Below are positions 33,720 through 43,225 of a stretch of 64,000 bases of DNA, in pieces. The translations under genes and the position numbers were made by a program. The notes under the pieces are model-generated. The model saw nothing but the letters and a program-made list of their open reading frames with translations. It was not told the origin of the DNA and ran no database searches. The DNA comes from Atribacterota bacterium (GTDB lineage: Bacteria; Atribacterota; Phoenicimicrobiia; Phoenicimicrobiales; Stramentimicrobiaceae), in contig JAQVGY010000001.1 of the NCBI GenBank assembly GCA_028696495.1, forward strand, positions 24,105-88,104, read 5' to 3'. Numbering within the stretch: position 1 is the first letter of the stretch; every line of letters starts with the position of its first letter.

Positions 33720-34245
33720 CTTCTAATCTCTTCTCTTCTTCAATAATCATATCTCTTAATTTTGCTGCTTTTTCATATTCTTCTTTTAAGATTAGCTTTT
33801 GCATTTCATCTTTAATCTCATTTATTCTATTCAACCGAATGTTCCGTTCTTTGATTGCAGGGGGGAGCTTCCCAATATGTTCTGCATTCCCATGTAATCT
33901 GCATAGAATTGGATTCAATTGTTTTCTAAAATATTCATAGCACTGGTTGCAACCAAGCTTACCTGATTGTACAAATTCCTGATAAGTCATTCCACAATGG
34001 GGACAGTTATCTTCTTCGTTTAAGCCCTCTGCTCCTTTCCCTCTATCTAATTTTATAAATGAACTCAAAAGGTTTCCCAAAATTTCATTTATATTATATT
34101 GAGAAAATGAAAAGGAAGAAATCGCGCTTCCTAAAAGGCTGTGAGCACAGTCGTTACAAATATACAGTTCAATTTTTTTAACTCCCACTACTTTTGTAAT
34201 TGTTACGGTAGCATCGTTTTTTTTGCAAATCTGGCAAATCATCAC
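33703..34245 (-). CDS. mcsA: protein-arginine kinase activator McsA
   Basis: 180 aa; two CxxC zinc-finger pairs (CQICKK...CNDC, CPHCGM...CNQC) and a UVR motif [13 protein letters not shown]. Close to the B. subtilis McsA layout. Confidence 0.88.
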   Translation of the reverse strand: MMICQICKKNDATVTITKVVGVKKIELYICNDCAHSLLGSAISSFSFSQYNINEILGNLLSSFIKLDRGKGAEGLNEEDNCPHCGMTYQEFVQSGKLGCNQCYEYFRKQLNPILCRLHGNAEHIGKLPPAIKERNIRLNRINEIKDEMQKLILKEEYEKAAKLRDMIIEEEKRLEDGNNE

Positions 34246-34307
34246 TTTATATCCTATTATAATATTTAATTTAATTTGACTAATTTTTATTGGGTATATT
34301 GGTAAAT

Positions 34308-34580
34308 TTATCTAAGAAATTTGATAATTAGTTCAATAATTTCATCTAAATTATTCTGGTATATAAAAACATCATCAGAAGAATTGAGACAGGAATATAC
34401 TTTCTCTTCCAATAATAATTTGTTAATTCTATTTAAAGCAGACTTCACTGCAGAAACCTGGGTCAGAATGTCAGCACAGGTTCGGTTTTCTACAATCATA
34501 GATTGAATTCCTCTAATCTGCCCTTCTATTTTTTTTAAACGGTGCAAAATTTTTATCTTGTTAATCTCTTCGATTTCCAT
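34308..34580 (-). CDS. CsoR/RcnR/FrmR-family (DUF156) repressor, C-K-C type (CstR-like, non-metal thiol sensor?)
   Basis: 90 aa; family fingerprint HRLKKIEGQIRGIQSMIVENRTCADILTQVSAVKSALNRINKLLLEEKVYSC. Ligand positions X=Cys35, Y(+25)=Lys where Cu-CsoR has His, Z(+29)=Cys64. Confidence 0.8.
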   Translation of the reverse strand: MEIEEINKIKILHRLKKIEGQIRGIQSMIVENRTCADILTQVSAVKSALNRINKLLLEEKVYSCLNSSDDVFIYQNNLDEIIELIIKFLR

Positions 34581-34600
34581 TTTTTATCCTGACTTTTTAT

Positions 34601-34617
34601 ATACCCCCCTAGGGTAT
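34601..34617 (-). promoter_or_regulatory. candidate CsoR-family operator: C-tract/G-tract palindrome ATACCC-N5-GGGTAT
   Basis: Sequence atacccccctagggtat. It is GC-rich in an AT-rich spacer, sits between the -10 element and the RBS of the CsoR-like gene, and resembles the GC-rich tract palindromes bound by CsoR/RcnR-family repressors. Confidence 0.5.
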
Positions 34618-34621
34618 TAAT

Positions 34622-34649
34622 ATTATAACTCTTACATATATTTTGTCAA
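34622..34649 (-). promoter_or_regulatory. consensus sigma-A promoter of the CsoR-like/mcsA/mcsB/clpC unit
   Basis: Minus strand: TTGACA - 16 nt - TATAAT. Followed by the palindrome, RBS AGGA and the ATG. Confidence 0.55.
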
Positions 34650-34810
34650 TATCCTGTGATTACAATATTATAATAATTTTTAAATATTTAGTTATAAAGC
34701 AGCAGTGAGACTATTTAATGAAGGGATTTTTGGTAGATTCCAATTATTTCTGCTTAAAGTTAATATAAAACAACAATTTTGTGAATATATGTTTATTCAA
34801 AAAAGATATT

Positions 34811-34840
34811 ATAAAAATAGACAGACTCTCAGTCTGTCTA
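34811..34840 (-). terminator. rho-independent terminator downstream of pgk
   Basis: Perfect 10-bp stem tagacagact / agtctgtcta with a 3-nt loop. On the minus strand it is followed by tttttat. It lies 66 nt past the pgk stop. Confidence 0.65.
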
Positions 34841-34905
34841 AATATTTAATTCATTTTTATAACCACCGGTTATTTGCAATAGAATAAAAAATTCTTCTAA
34901 AGCTT

Positions 34906-36117
34906 TTATTTTTTTAATACCTCAATTCCCGGTAGATTCCTGCCTGCTACATATTCCAATGAAGCCCCTCCACCTGTTGAGATATGAGAAAATTTATTAA
35001 TAAGTCCCAGTTTATTAATAGCAGCAATTGAATCTCCCCCTCCGACTACAGAAAAAACCTTTCCATGTAAACTGGCAATCTGTCTTGCAATTTCATTGGT
35101 TCCCTTAGCAAATTTATCCATTTCAAAAACACCCAGGGGACCATTCCAAAATATTTTTTTAGAATTGCTAATTACCTTTTTAAACGACTCTATCGTCCTG
35201 TTACCTATATCCATACCAATCATATTTTTTTCAATTTTTTCTTTAGATACATTGAAACTATCGGAATCTTGAGTAAATTCAAAGGCTATATTAACATCTT
35301 CCGGAATTAAAAAAACTTTCTCCATGATTTTTGCTTTTTCCATCAGCTCTTTACAAAATTTGATTTGGTCTTCTTCATATATAGATTTACCAATTTCAAA
35401 TCCCTGTGCTGCAATAAAAGTGTATGCCATACCTCCACCTATCAATACTCCATCACTTATTTCTGTTAATCTATCGAGTATTTCAATTTTACTGCTTACT
35501 TTTGCTCCCCCAATTATAGAAATAAAAGGCCTATCAGAATGAAACATTAATCTATTCAAAGATTTTATTTCCTGAGCCATTAAAAAACCGGCATATGCGG
35601 GTAAATATGAAGCTATACCAGCAGTAGAAGCATGTGCCCTGTGGGCTGCGCCAAAGGCATCATCGACATATATATCTGCTAAAGAGGCAAGTTGTTGGGA
35701 AAATACAGGGTCATTATCCTCTTCACCCTGGTGAAAACGTAAATTTTCTAATAAAACAATTTCTCCCGGGTTCAATTTGAAGATTATTTTTTGAACATCC
35801 TCTCCAATGCAATCATCTAATTTAATTACCCTTCTTTGAAGAATATTTTCTAAAGAAAGAGCCACCGGGTCCATTCTTAATTTTTCTTCAACATGACCTT
35901 TAGGTCTGCCCAGGTGGCTCATCAGTATTACTATACAATTATTTGATAATAAATACTTTATAGTATCTAAAGAAGCCCTTATTCTGGTATCATCCTTAAC
36001 ATTCAGCTTCTCATCTAAAGGCACATTGAAATCTACTCGGACCAGTACTCTCTTTTTTTCTATCTCATTTCCCTTTAAATCTTCCAGTAATGATAGAGAT
36101 TGGTATTTTCCTTTCAT
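34906..36117 (-). CDS. pgk: phosphoglycerate kinase
   Basis: ORF-track frame to 36159. Preferred start MKGKYQSL with RBS ggagag. Motifs VLVRVDFNVPLD, MSHLGRPKG, GGGASLE. Confidence 0.93.
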   Translation of the reverse strand: MKGKYQSLSLLEDLKGNEIEKKRVLVRVDFNVPLDEKLNVKDDTRIRASLDTIKYLLSNNCIVILMSHLGRPKGHVEEKLRMDPVALSLENILQRRVIKLDDCIGEDVQKIIFKLNPGEIVLLENLRFHQGEEDNDPVFSQQLASLADIYVDDAFGAAHRAHASTAGIASYLPAYAGFLMAQEIKSLNRLMFHSDRPFISIIGGAKVSSKIEILDRLTEISDGVLIGGGMAYTFIAAQGFEIGKSIYEEDQIKFCKELMEKAKIMEKVFLIPEDVNIAFEFTQDSDSFNVSKEKIEKNMIGMDIGNRTIESFKKVISNSKKIFWNGPLGVFEMDKFAKGTNEIARQIASLHGKVFSVVGGGDSIAAINKLGLINKFSHISTGGGASLEYVAGRNLPGIEVLKK

Positions 36118-36207
36118 TTTACTCTCCATATCTATAAATATTAAATATCTAAAACACAATTGGTTAAATCCGTTAAATGTTTCAGAATGGGTGTTACTGT
36201 ATCTAAA

Positions 36208-36900
36208 TCAGAAGTATTTACTTTTTAAGAAAATTAGTATGGTGATGATTAGCAGAGAGGGTAATAGGTTTGCAATTTTAATTTTTTTAATTTCCAGTAT
36301 ACCAAGGGATAACCCAATTATAAGAATGCCGCCCACCGCAGTCATTTCATTAATTATATCTACTGTTATCCAGTCTTTTATTAAAAATGCTATTTTAGTA
36401 ATGGTCCCCTGGTATATAAATACAGGAATGGTGGAAAATAAGACTCCAATCCCCAAAGAGGCAGAAAGTATTATGGATGATATGCCATCCAGAGCAGATT
36501 TTGCCATTAAGATATTAGGACTTCCGCTTATACCTTCTTCTATTGCACCCATAACAGCCATTGAACCCACACAGTAGAGCAGACTGGTGGTAATAAATCC
36601 TTCAGTAAAATACTCGTTCCCTTTTACCTGTTTAAAAAGCGATTTTATCTTCTCCCCTGCATAGTCTAACCTTTTTTCGATATCAATAGTCTCTCCTAAA
36701 ATACCCCCGATGACCAGAGAAAAGATAATCAATAGTATATCTTTAGCCCGAATAGCCATTTGAATACCTAAGATTAAAGTTACTAACCCAATTCCCTGGA
36801 AGAGTATAGCACTCATTCTTTTTGGAAAATGTTCTTTTAAAATCAATCCGAATATACATCCTACAATAATAGCTATACAATTGATTATGGTACCTGTCAT
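36208..36900 (-). CDS. DUF554-family (YqgA-like) integral membrane protein
   Basis: 230 aa, polytopic. N-terminus MTGTIINCIAIIVGCIFGLILKEHFP resembles YqgA-type proteins. Confidence 0.55.
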   Translation of the reverse strand: MTGTIINCIAIIVGCIFGLILKEHFPKRMSAILFQGIGLVTLILGIQMAIRAKDILLIIFSLVIGGILGETIDIEKRLDYAGEKIKSLFKQVKGNEYFTEGFITTSLLYCVGSMAVMGAIEEGISGSPNILMAKSALDGISSIILSASLGIGVLFSTIPVFIYQGTITKIAFLIKDWITVDIINEMTAVGGILIIGLSLGILEIKKIKIANLLPSLLIITILIFLKSKYF

Positions 36901-36923
36901 ACTGCCTCATAAGTTTCCAATTA

Positions 36924-37346
36924 TTATATTATTTCATCTTCCTGGGTTATAACTTTCTTCCCTCTTTTTATATTCTGACCTTCACTAACTACATATGCTT
37001 CTGGTTTATTTATTAGATGGTCAAAACCAAGGGCTATTATAATTACTGGCCAAAATTTGTATATCGACTCAGACCACTGGTATAATTCTAAATTTTTTAA
37101 TAAAAAAATGATTCCGATGGCCAGTAGTATGATTCCAAAGAAAATAGACCTTCTCTGAAATATTTCTGCCAGACTCCAAAGCAGAAACAAGATTGGCCAG
37201 AAAGGCCATACCCTTTCCCATACTTCAATTCCCATTATATTTTCTATCAAAAAAATGATTCCAATTGCCAGAATTATAAAGCCAATTACCCAGTGGCCAG
37301 AACTTCTTCTTATAAAATTCATAATCAATCTACCTCCATATTCCAT
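36924..37346 (-). CDS. small membrane protein with internally duplicated TM hairpins (LiaF-N/TM-like)
   Basis: 140 aa; repeated ILAIGIIFL(I/L) helices separated by W-rich loops (VWPFWPILFLLW, YKFWPVIII). Confidence 0.45.
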   Translation of the reverse strand: MEYGGRLIMNFIRRSSGHWVIGFIILAIGIIFLIENIMGIEVWERVWPFWPILFLLWSLAEIFQRRSIFFGIILLAIGIIFLLKNLELYQWSESIYKFWPVIIIALGFDHLINKPEAYVVSEGQNIKRGKKVITQEDEII

Positions 37347-37395
37347 AATTATCTATTATAGAAACACTGGAAAACATCTAAAATTTATTATTCTA

Positions 37396-37749
37396 TTATT
37401 TCCAAGAGGTAATTCTTTTTGCTTCTTGCCAGAGTTGTTCCAAATGATAATAATTACGTTTTTCCTCGGAAAACAGATGGACTACTATACCGCCACAGTC
37501 AAGCAAAACCCAGCCAGTGTTTTCATTACCTTCATAATTCAAAGTCTTTTTATGTCCATTTTCTTTTACTTTCTCCAAAATGGTGTTAATCAGTGTTTTA
37601 CAGTGAGCAGAAGATTGGGTAGTAGAAATAATAAAATAATCAGCGATAATAGATATTTCTTTTATATCCAGAATAATAGTATCTTTTGCCTGCTTTTCTT
37701 CCAACACTCTTGCCAATGAAATGGCATTATTTTTACAGCTTTTAACCAA
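37396..37749 (-). CDS. rsfS: ribosome silencing factor RsfS (Iojap)
   Basis: 117 aa; DTIILDIKEISIIADYFIISTTQSSAHCKTL, GWVLLDCGGIVVHLFSEEKRNYYHLEQLW. Confidence 0.85.
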   Translation of the reverse strand: MVKSCKNNAISLARVLEEKQAKDTIILDIKEISIIADYFIISTTQSSAHCKTLINTILEKVKENGHKKTLNYEGNENTGWVLLDCGGIVVHLFSEEKRNYYHLEQLWQEAKRITSWK

Positions 37750-37822
37750 TTACACCTCTTTTATTTATAAATTATTTATTAAAAGTAAACAAATAAACTA
37801 TGAATAACGACTATAAACTAAC

Positions 37823-38989
37823 TCAGTATACCATATTTTTTCCAACTATTATAGTCATATCTACTCCATTGTTGGGCTGTAATTTTCGAATTATCTCTAT
37901 ATCATCTAAAAATTGTTTAATGTATTCTTCTAACCTTTCATCTTTTGAGTAAAGAATAAGAACTGTCTTTTGATAATCAAAATTATCGGCATTATCTATA
38001 TTAACAACATTAAAACCTAAATCTTCCATTCTACTGGCAACTCTATGAGCAATCCCCGGAATTCGGTTACCATTTAACACTTCAATATTCATTCCTCTGT
38101 ACTTATTTTCAATTATATTTTGTACATATTTTTTTATTTCCTGGTCATCAACTATCAGGTAACTCACTCCGTTAATGTATTGGGGCTCACCTTTTATTGT
38201 TTCTACCCATATTTTTGTTCTATCTACATCTTTCATTAATTTTGCCAGAGAGATCAATTCATTTGATTTTATATTTGTTTTAATATAATCGGTTAAGCTA
38301 TCGATAATAATTGGAATTTTGGTTATACTTTCAAAATTTAATAATTTTTCAATCACTGCATTAATTAATTTCTGCTGTCTCTGAATTCTACCTAAATCAC
38401 CCATTGCATCGGCTCGGAATCTAACATATTCAAGCGCCTTTTCACCATCTAATTTCTGCTGTCCAGAACACAAATTAATCTTTAAAGAGCCAGCCCGGTC
38501 GATATAATACATGTTTTTCTCAACATAGATATCTACCCCATCCAGAGCATCAATAATATACCTGAACCCTTCAAAATCAACTACTCCATAATAATTAATT
38601 GATATTCCTACAAAATCTTCAACACTCTTTTCTAACAGATCAATCCCACCATATGCAAAAGCATGATTAATCTTATCCATTCCCCTGCCTGGTATCATGA
38701 CTCTAATATCTCTAGGAATTGAAAACAATACTGTATCTTTAGTCTTAGGATCTACACTCAGAATTAAAATTGTATCAGCCCTTCCCTGAGTTTCAGTACT
38801 GTCTGTTCCAACAGCTAATATATTCAATCTTTCGTGTGCTAAGATATCAGAATGAAATGGAAATATGTTAAAAAAATACAGGAACACAAAACATATAATT
38901 AATAAAAAAATTAAAAATAAAGCCTGAATTGTTCTCTTTTTTCCCTTTTTCCTTGCTGCAATATGTCTATCTGATCTTGCCAATTTCAA
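37823..38989 (-). CDS. LytR-CpsA-Psr (LCP) family cell-wall glycopolymer transferase with C-terminal LytR_C domain
   Basis: 388 aa; N-terminal TM, LCP core NILAVGTDSTETQGRADTILILSVDPKTKDTVLFSIPRDIRVMIPG, C-terminal LytR_C-like domain. Confidence 0.8.
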   Translation of the reverse strand: MKLARSDRHIAARKKGKKRTIQALFLIFLLIICFVFLYFFNIFPFHSDILAHERLNILAVGTDSTETQGRADTILILSVDPKTKDTVLFSIPRDIRVMIPGRGMDKINHAFAYGGIDLLEKSVEDFVGISINYYGVVDFEGFRYIIDALDGVDIYVEKNMYYIDRAGSLKINLCSGQQKLDGEKALEYVRFRADAMGDLGRIQRQQKLINAVIEKLLNFESITKIPIIIDSLTDYIKTNIKSNELISLAKLMKDVDRTKIWVETIKGEPQYINGVSYLIVDDQEIKKYVQNIIENKYRGMNIEVLNGNRIPGIAHRVASRMEDLGFNVVNIDNADNFDYQKTVLILYSKDERLEEYIKQFLDDIEIIRKLQPNNGVDMTIIVGKNMVY

Positions 38990-39560
38990 AAACCCTTCTA
39001 TCCATTAATATTTTATTTCTTGCTTTTAAAGTGTCGGGATGAATAATTAACTTGTTGCAAATTAAGTATTGAAGCTCCATGTTTAGCAATTCCAGCATAG
39101 CCAGATCAATATCCTCCCAAACCTTCTCATGCAATTTTCTAATTTTAGCCAATTTCCTATTTGGTTCAATCTTATCAGCTATATAGACAATCTTTCCTAT
39201 CAAACCCAATTTGCTTGATGCAGTACTATGATATCTGATGGCATCCAGTATTTCCCAATCATCAACCATAAAAATGTCTTTTACCATCTCTGCACCTACA
39301 TAAGCATGCCATATTTTGGGAATACTTTTTTCAACTTTATTTAGCTTAATGTTATACTTATCAACTAAGTTTTTTAATTCTTCAAGAGAATAATCTTTGG
39401 CACAGTCGTGGGTTAATGCTGAAATCATGGTTTTTTGTATTGGAAGGTTATAGTATTCAGCAATTTTTTGTGCTAACAGACTGACCCTGCAGGCATGTTG
39501 ATACCTTGTTTTTGTCATCATTTCTTTTAATTTATTATCAATCTGTTCTAAATTCATCAT
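38967..39560 (-). CDS. yqeK: HD-domain bis(5'-nucleosyl)-tetraphosphatase YqeK
   Basis: 197 aa; RYQHACRVSLLAQKIAEYYN, LTHDCAKDY (HD motif). Immediately downstream of nadD as in Firmicutes. Confidence 0.85.
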   Translation of the reverse strand: MMNLEQIDNKLKEMMTKTRYQHACRVSLLAQKIAEYYNLPIQKTMISALTHDCAKDYSLEELKNLVDKYNIKLNKVEKSIPKIWHAYVGAEMVKDIFMVDDWEILDAIRYHSTASSKLGLIGKIVYIADKIEPNRKLAKIRKLHEKVWEDIDLAMLELLNMELQYLICNKLIIHPDTLKARNKILMDRRVFEIGKIR

Positions 39561-39609
39561 AGTATTGCAATATTCATCTTCTACTTACTGACTGTATACT
39601 TCACCGATA

Positions 39610-40242
39610 TTAAAAATATAATTTATTCACATAGATATATTTTCTTACCACATCTAAAACAATATACTTTATACTGAGGCTGTTCTTTACCCGATATCTT
39701 ACATCTGTTGAAGAAATAGCCAATGCCGGTATTTCCATAATTTGCAAAACATCTTTGAAATTATTGTTTAATTTATTTAAATCATAACCGGGCCTGGTAG
39801 CTGCAACAAACTTACATAGCTTTAATAACTCATCTTTTTTGTACCATGAATCAATTTCTAAAAAAGCATCTGCTCCTGTGATAAAAAATATGTCTGTTTC
39901 CCATCCATAAATTTCACGAAATTCTTTTATTGTATCTATAGTATAAGAGGGACCAGAACGGTTTACTTCAATTTCAGATACCTCAAAAAAGGGGTTATCT
40001 TCGATGGCCATATAGGTCATCTTCAGTCGATGCTTAATATCGGTAACCAAATCACTTCTTTTATGTGATGGCTGAAGACAGGGAACAAAAATCACTTTAT
40101 CCAGATTTAATCTCATTCTTGCTTCTTCAGCAGTGAACAGGTGCCCTATATGGATTGGATCAAAAACACCGCCCATGATTCCTATTTTATTACTTTCTTT
40201 GCGGGATGAGGTTTTTTGTAATTCTTTTTGGTTATTGCTCAT
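39610..40242 (-). CDS. nadD: nicotinate-nucleotide adenylyltransferase
   Basis: 210 aa; IGIMGGVFDPIHIGHLFTAEEA ((H/T)xGH motif), SSTDVR C-terminal motif. Confidence 0.9.
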   Translation of the reverse strand: MSNNQKELQKTSSRKESNKIGIMGGVFDPIHIGHLFTAEEARMRLNLDKVIFVPCLQPSHKRSDLVTDIKHRLKMTYMAIEDNPFFEVSEIEVNRSGPSYTIDTIKEFREIYGWETDIFFITGADAFLEIDSWYKKDELLKLCKFVAATRPGYDLNKLNNNFKDVLQIMEIPALAISSTDVRYRVKNSLSIKYIVLDVVRKYIYVNKLYF

Positions 40243-40305
40243 CTATGTCTTCCTTACTTTTAATAATTTTTGAAGTAAATCATATTCATATTTTTTACTT
40301 TAACA

Positions 40306-41265
40306 CTATAAATAGGGCTTTTCTTCACCCACAACCTCTTTATTAATAACTCTAAAGACCTTATCCTCTTTTTCATATCTCCATAGCTCAATCAATTCTT
40401 CAGAATCTGTTTTAATTATTTCAATAGAATCTGGATAACCTAAATCATCATATCCAGCTTTTTGTAAGGCCTGTATATATGGTTTCGCCTTTACTTCTTG
40501 TAATTGATTTAATAAATTTTCTTTTCTTTCGTTCAGACCAAGAGATTGAAATATTTGCAACAATTCTTGATAGGAATACCAATATTCTTGAGGTCTTAGG
40601 AATAAGGAAGGATTGCTTTTTTCTTCAAGAGCAATGGCTTTTTCAAAACTGCTGATTGCCAATGATGTATATTGCCAGCTAATTTTCTTCGATAATGCCT
40701 GATATATTTCCCCCATCCAATAATTAGCACCAATTGCATCTTTATCCGACTCACTTACTCTTCTAAAATACGGAATTGCAGATAACAGTGTATAGCTGCC
40801 AACATTGCTCTCATTTAAAAATGTATCCTGTTGAACTCCTAATATCCTTAACCCTTCTAAATAGTAATCCCCAGAAGCCCCACCCGTTACTCTCGAGGTA
40901 TCACGGAAACTTTCATTTAAATATCGAAAAGCATACGAATTTCTTGGGTTTATCCTTAATACTTCTATCCATTGTGTAATAGCTTTATCATGTTGTCCGG
41001 TTTGACGATATACTTTACCTAACCAGTAATGAGCGTTTTCAAAATTCGAATCTAACTCAATGGCTTTTTTATAATTCTCTTCAGCTTGCTGATATTTTTC
41101 TTGTGAAAAATATTGATATCCGTTCTGATAGTAGGACTGTGCATCTTGAGAAAAACATATACCAGAATAACTCAAAAATATAATAATAACTCCTATCCCT
41201 ATTATTCTCTTTGTATTCTTATTTTTTCTTATAGTAGCTATATTTTCATCAACCACTCTTTTCAC
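40306..41265 (-). CDS. TPR-repeat protein with N-terminal signal/anchor
   Basis: 319 aa; hydrophobic N-terminus IIGIGVIIIFLSYSGICFS, then TPR units (QSYYQNGYQYFSQEKYQQAEENYKKAIELD, AHYWLGKVYRQTGQHDKAI). Confidence 0.7.
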   Translation of the reverse strand: MKRVVDENIATIRKNKNTKRIIGIGVIIIFLSYSGICFSQDAQSYYQNGYQYFSQEKYQQAEENYKKAIELDSNFENAHYWLGKVYRQTGQHDKAITQWIEVLRINPRNSYAFRYLNESFRDTSRVTGGASGDYYLEGLRILGVQQDTFLNESNVGSYTLLSAIPYFRRVSESDKDAIGANYWMGEIYQALSKKISWQYTSLAISSFEKAIALEEKSNPSLFLRPQEYWYSYQELLQIFQSLGLNERKENLLNQLQEVKAKPYIQALQKAGYDDLGYPDSIEIIKTDSEELIELWRYEKEDKVFRVINKEVVGEEKPYL

Positions 41266-41307
41266 CTCCCCAAAGATATATCTATTATAAAAATACGTTT
41301 TATGCCT

Positions 41308-41685
41308 TTATTTTGCTTCTTCATTTTCCTCAGGTGTAACAACTTTTTTACTTTCCTGGTATTTTTCAACATAATTCATTTGTAAATTGGCTAACATGTC
41401 AGCTATCTGTCTTTTATCTTCTGTATCAAGTTCATCTTTAATCTGATTTAATAAAAATTCAATGCTGTCAATAGAAATTTTGGCTTTTTTCAAATCCTGG
41501 CTAATCTCTTTTGTTTCAGGGTTCATCATTAAGCCCAAATATTCCCAGGTTTTACTGTTTAATATCCCCATAAACCAGGCAAATAGGGTGGTCAGGGGAA
41601 GCATATCTGGATAAAATTTCAAATTATCATCCTTTTCCTGTTCGGGCTTATGCTCAGAATTATTAATTTTCTTATTATTCACCAT
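41308..41685 (-). CDS. DUF1844-like small protein
   Basis: 125 aa; LTTLFAWFMGILNSKTWEYLGLMMNPETKEISQDL...LANLQMNYVEK resembles the DUF1844 pattern. Recalled from memory, not searched. Confidence 0.45.
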   Translation of the reverse strand: MVNNKKINNSEHKPEQEKDDNLKFYPDMLPLTTLFAWFMGILNSKTWEYLGLMMNPETKEISQDLKKAKISIDSIEFLLNQIKDELDTEDKRQIADMLANLQMNYVEKYQESKKVVTPEENEEAK

Positions 41686-41801
41686 AATTACTCCTTATTT
41701 ATGTAAATTTTGTTATTAGATGATGGAAAGAAAATCATTATTTTTATTATATGAATTTATTATTATTGAATATATTTAAAGGGTTTCTTCCATTACTTAC
41801 A

Positions 41802-42278
41802 TTAAATATATTCTTCTAATAATGCAACACAAAAGGCAGCTATGCCTTCTCCTTTACCAATAACACCAATACCTTCATTAGTAGTAGCTTTAATATTAAT
41901 CTGGTCTATATCTATTTTTAAGATTCTGGCAATATTCTTCTTCATATCTGGGTAATAATACAATATTTTCGGTTTTTCCAGTACAATGGTAATATCAATA
42001 TTGCTAATTTTATACCTTTTTTTATCTATTATTTTATAGATATGACTTAGCAAAATCAAACTTGATATATCTTTCCATTCTATTTCATTATCAGGAAAAT
42101 GTACACCGATATCTCCCTGCCCCGAAGCTCCTAATAGGGCATCGATAACAGCATGAACAACTACATCGGCATCGGAATGCCCTTCTAAGCCTCTTTCAGA
42201 ATCTATTCTTACCCCGCCAAGGATTAAGTCTCTTCCTATTTTTAAGGGGTGTATGTCGTAACCGAAACCTATTCTCAT
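41802..42278 (-). CDS. ispF: 2-C-methyl-D-erythritol 2,4-cyclodiphosphate synthase
   Basis: Preferred start MRIGFGYDIHPL. Motifs GHSDADVVVHAVIDALLGA, GDIGVHFPDN. ORF-track frame to 42323. Confidence 0.92.
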   Translation of the reverse strand: MRIGFGYDIHPLKIGRDLILGGVRIDSERGLEGHSDADVVVHAVIDALLGASGQGDIGVHFPDNEIEWKDISSLILLSHIYKIIDKKRYKISNIDITIVLEKPKILYYYPDMKKNIARILKIDIDQINIKATTNEGIGVIGKGEGIAAFCVALLEEYI

Positions 42279-42336
42279 GATATTTTTCACATTTGAAATA
42301 TAATAATGCCATAGAGATGACACATAAAACTGTTAT

Positions 42337-43224
42337 TTATAAAGAAGTATCCTGTGCCCCTATAGTGTAAGCCTGGTACACCAAGGGATATTCATCTTTA
42401 ATTTCATTATACACTCTAACCATATCATTCTTTCTCTCAAAAATTCCATAGATGGTAGGACCGCTTCCAGATATAGTAGCAGTTATTGAACCTAACTTTT
42501 TTAATCTATTTTTAATCTTTTCGATTACTGGAAATTTTTGAGAAAGGATTAAATCAAAGCTGTTGTAAATTAAACTATAGATTTCAACGGGCTTAATAAT
42601 CTCGCTCCTGTTTAAAAGATAGGAAAAATCAGCAATATTTTTAACGTTTTTATCTATAGATTTATCATAAAGCTGATATGCCCATTTAGTGGAAACCTTA
42701 ATTTCAGGATTAATTAGTATCAAAGGGATAGGAGGATAAATCGACGGAAGTGGTGACACCAACTCACCTCTTCCCCTGGCAAAAGCTGTGCCTCCCAGGA
42801 TAAAAAAGGGGGTATCCATACCAAAATTGGTAGCAATGTTTAGAAGCTGTGCTGGGCTTAATGGTAAATTGAAAATCCTGCATATTCCCTTCAATACAGT
42901 TGCAACATTGGATGAGCCGCCACCCAAACCGGAGGCAACCGGTATATGCTTCTTAATGGAAATATTTATACCTTTATTTATATTATTCATGAGTATTTCT
43001 GCTGCTTTATAGATAATACTATTTTTATCAGTTGGCACTTCTGGATTATCACACTCAATAAAAATGCCCGGCCTATCGGTCTGTTTAAGGTTAATTTCAT
43101 CAAACAAGTCTATTGTTTGCATAATGCTTTCTATATTGTGGTAGCCATCACCTGTTCTATGACCTATCTTTAAATATAGATTAACTTTGGCATAGCTCTT
43201 TAATTTTAAAACATTTTCTGCCAT
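42337..43224 (-). CDS. ispE: 4-diphosphocytidyl-2-C-methyl-D-erythritol kinase
   Basis: 295 aa; KVNLYLKIGHRTGDGYHNIES, GHMP-kinase loop PVASGLGGGSSNVA. Confidence 0.9.
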   Translation of the reverse strand: MAENVLKLKSYAKVNLYLKIGHRTGDGYHNIESIMQTIDLFDEINLKQTDRPGIFIECDNPEVPTDKNSIIYKAAEILMNNINKGINISIKKHIPVASGLGGGSSNVATVLKGICRIFNLPLSPAQLLNIATNFGMDTPFFILGGTAFARGRGELVSPLPSIYPPIPLILINPEIKVSTKWAYQLYDKSIDKNVKNIADFSYLLNRSEIIKPVEIYSLIYNSFDLILSQKFPVIEKIKNRLKKLGSITATISGSGPTIYGIFERKNDMVRVYNEIKDEYPLVYQAYTIGAQDTSL

Positions 43225-43225
43225 A

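Noticed and set aside
34246-34307. Possible CtsR operator (AGTCAAATTAAATTAAA) upstream of mcsA
   Set aside because: Only the first heptad resembles GGTCAAA; the second has 3 mismatches. No ctsR gene is in the window. Too weak to call in 30% GC DNA.
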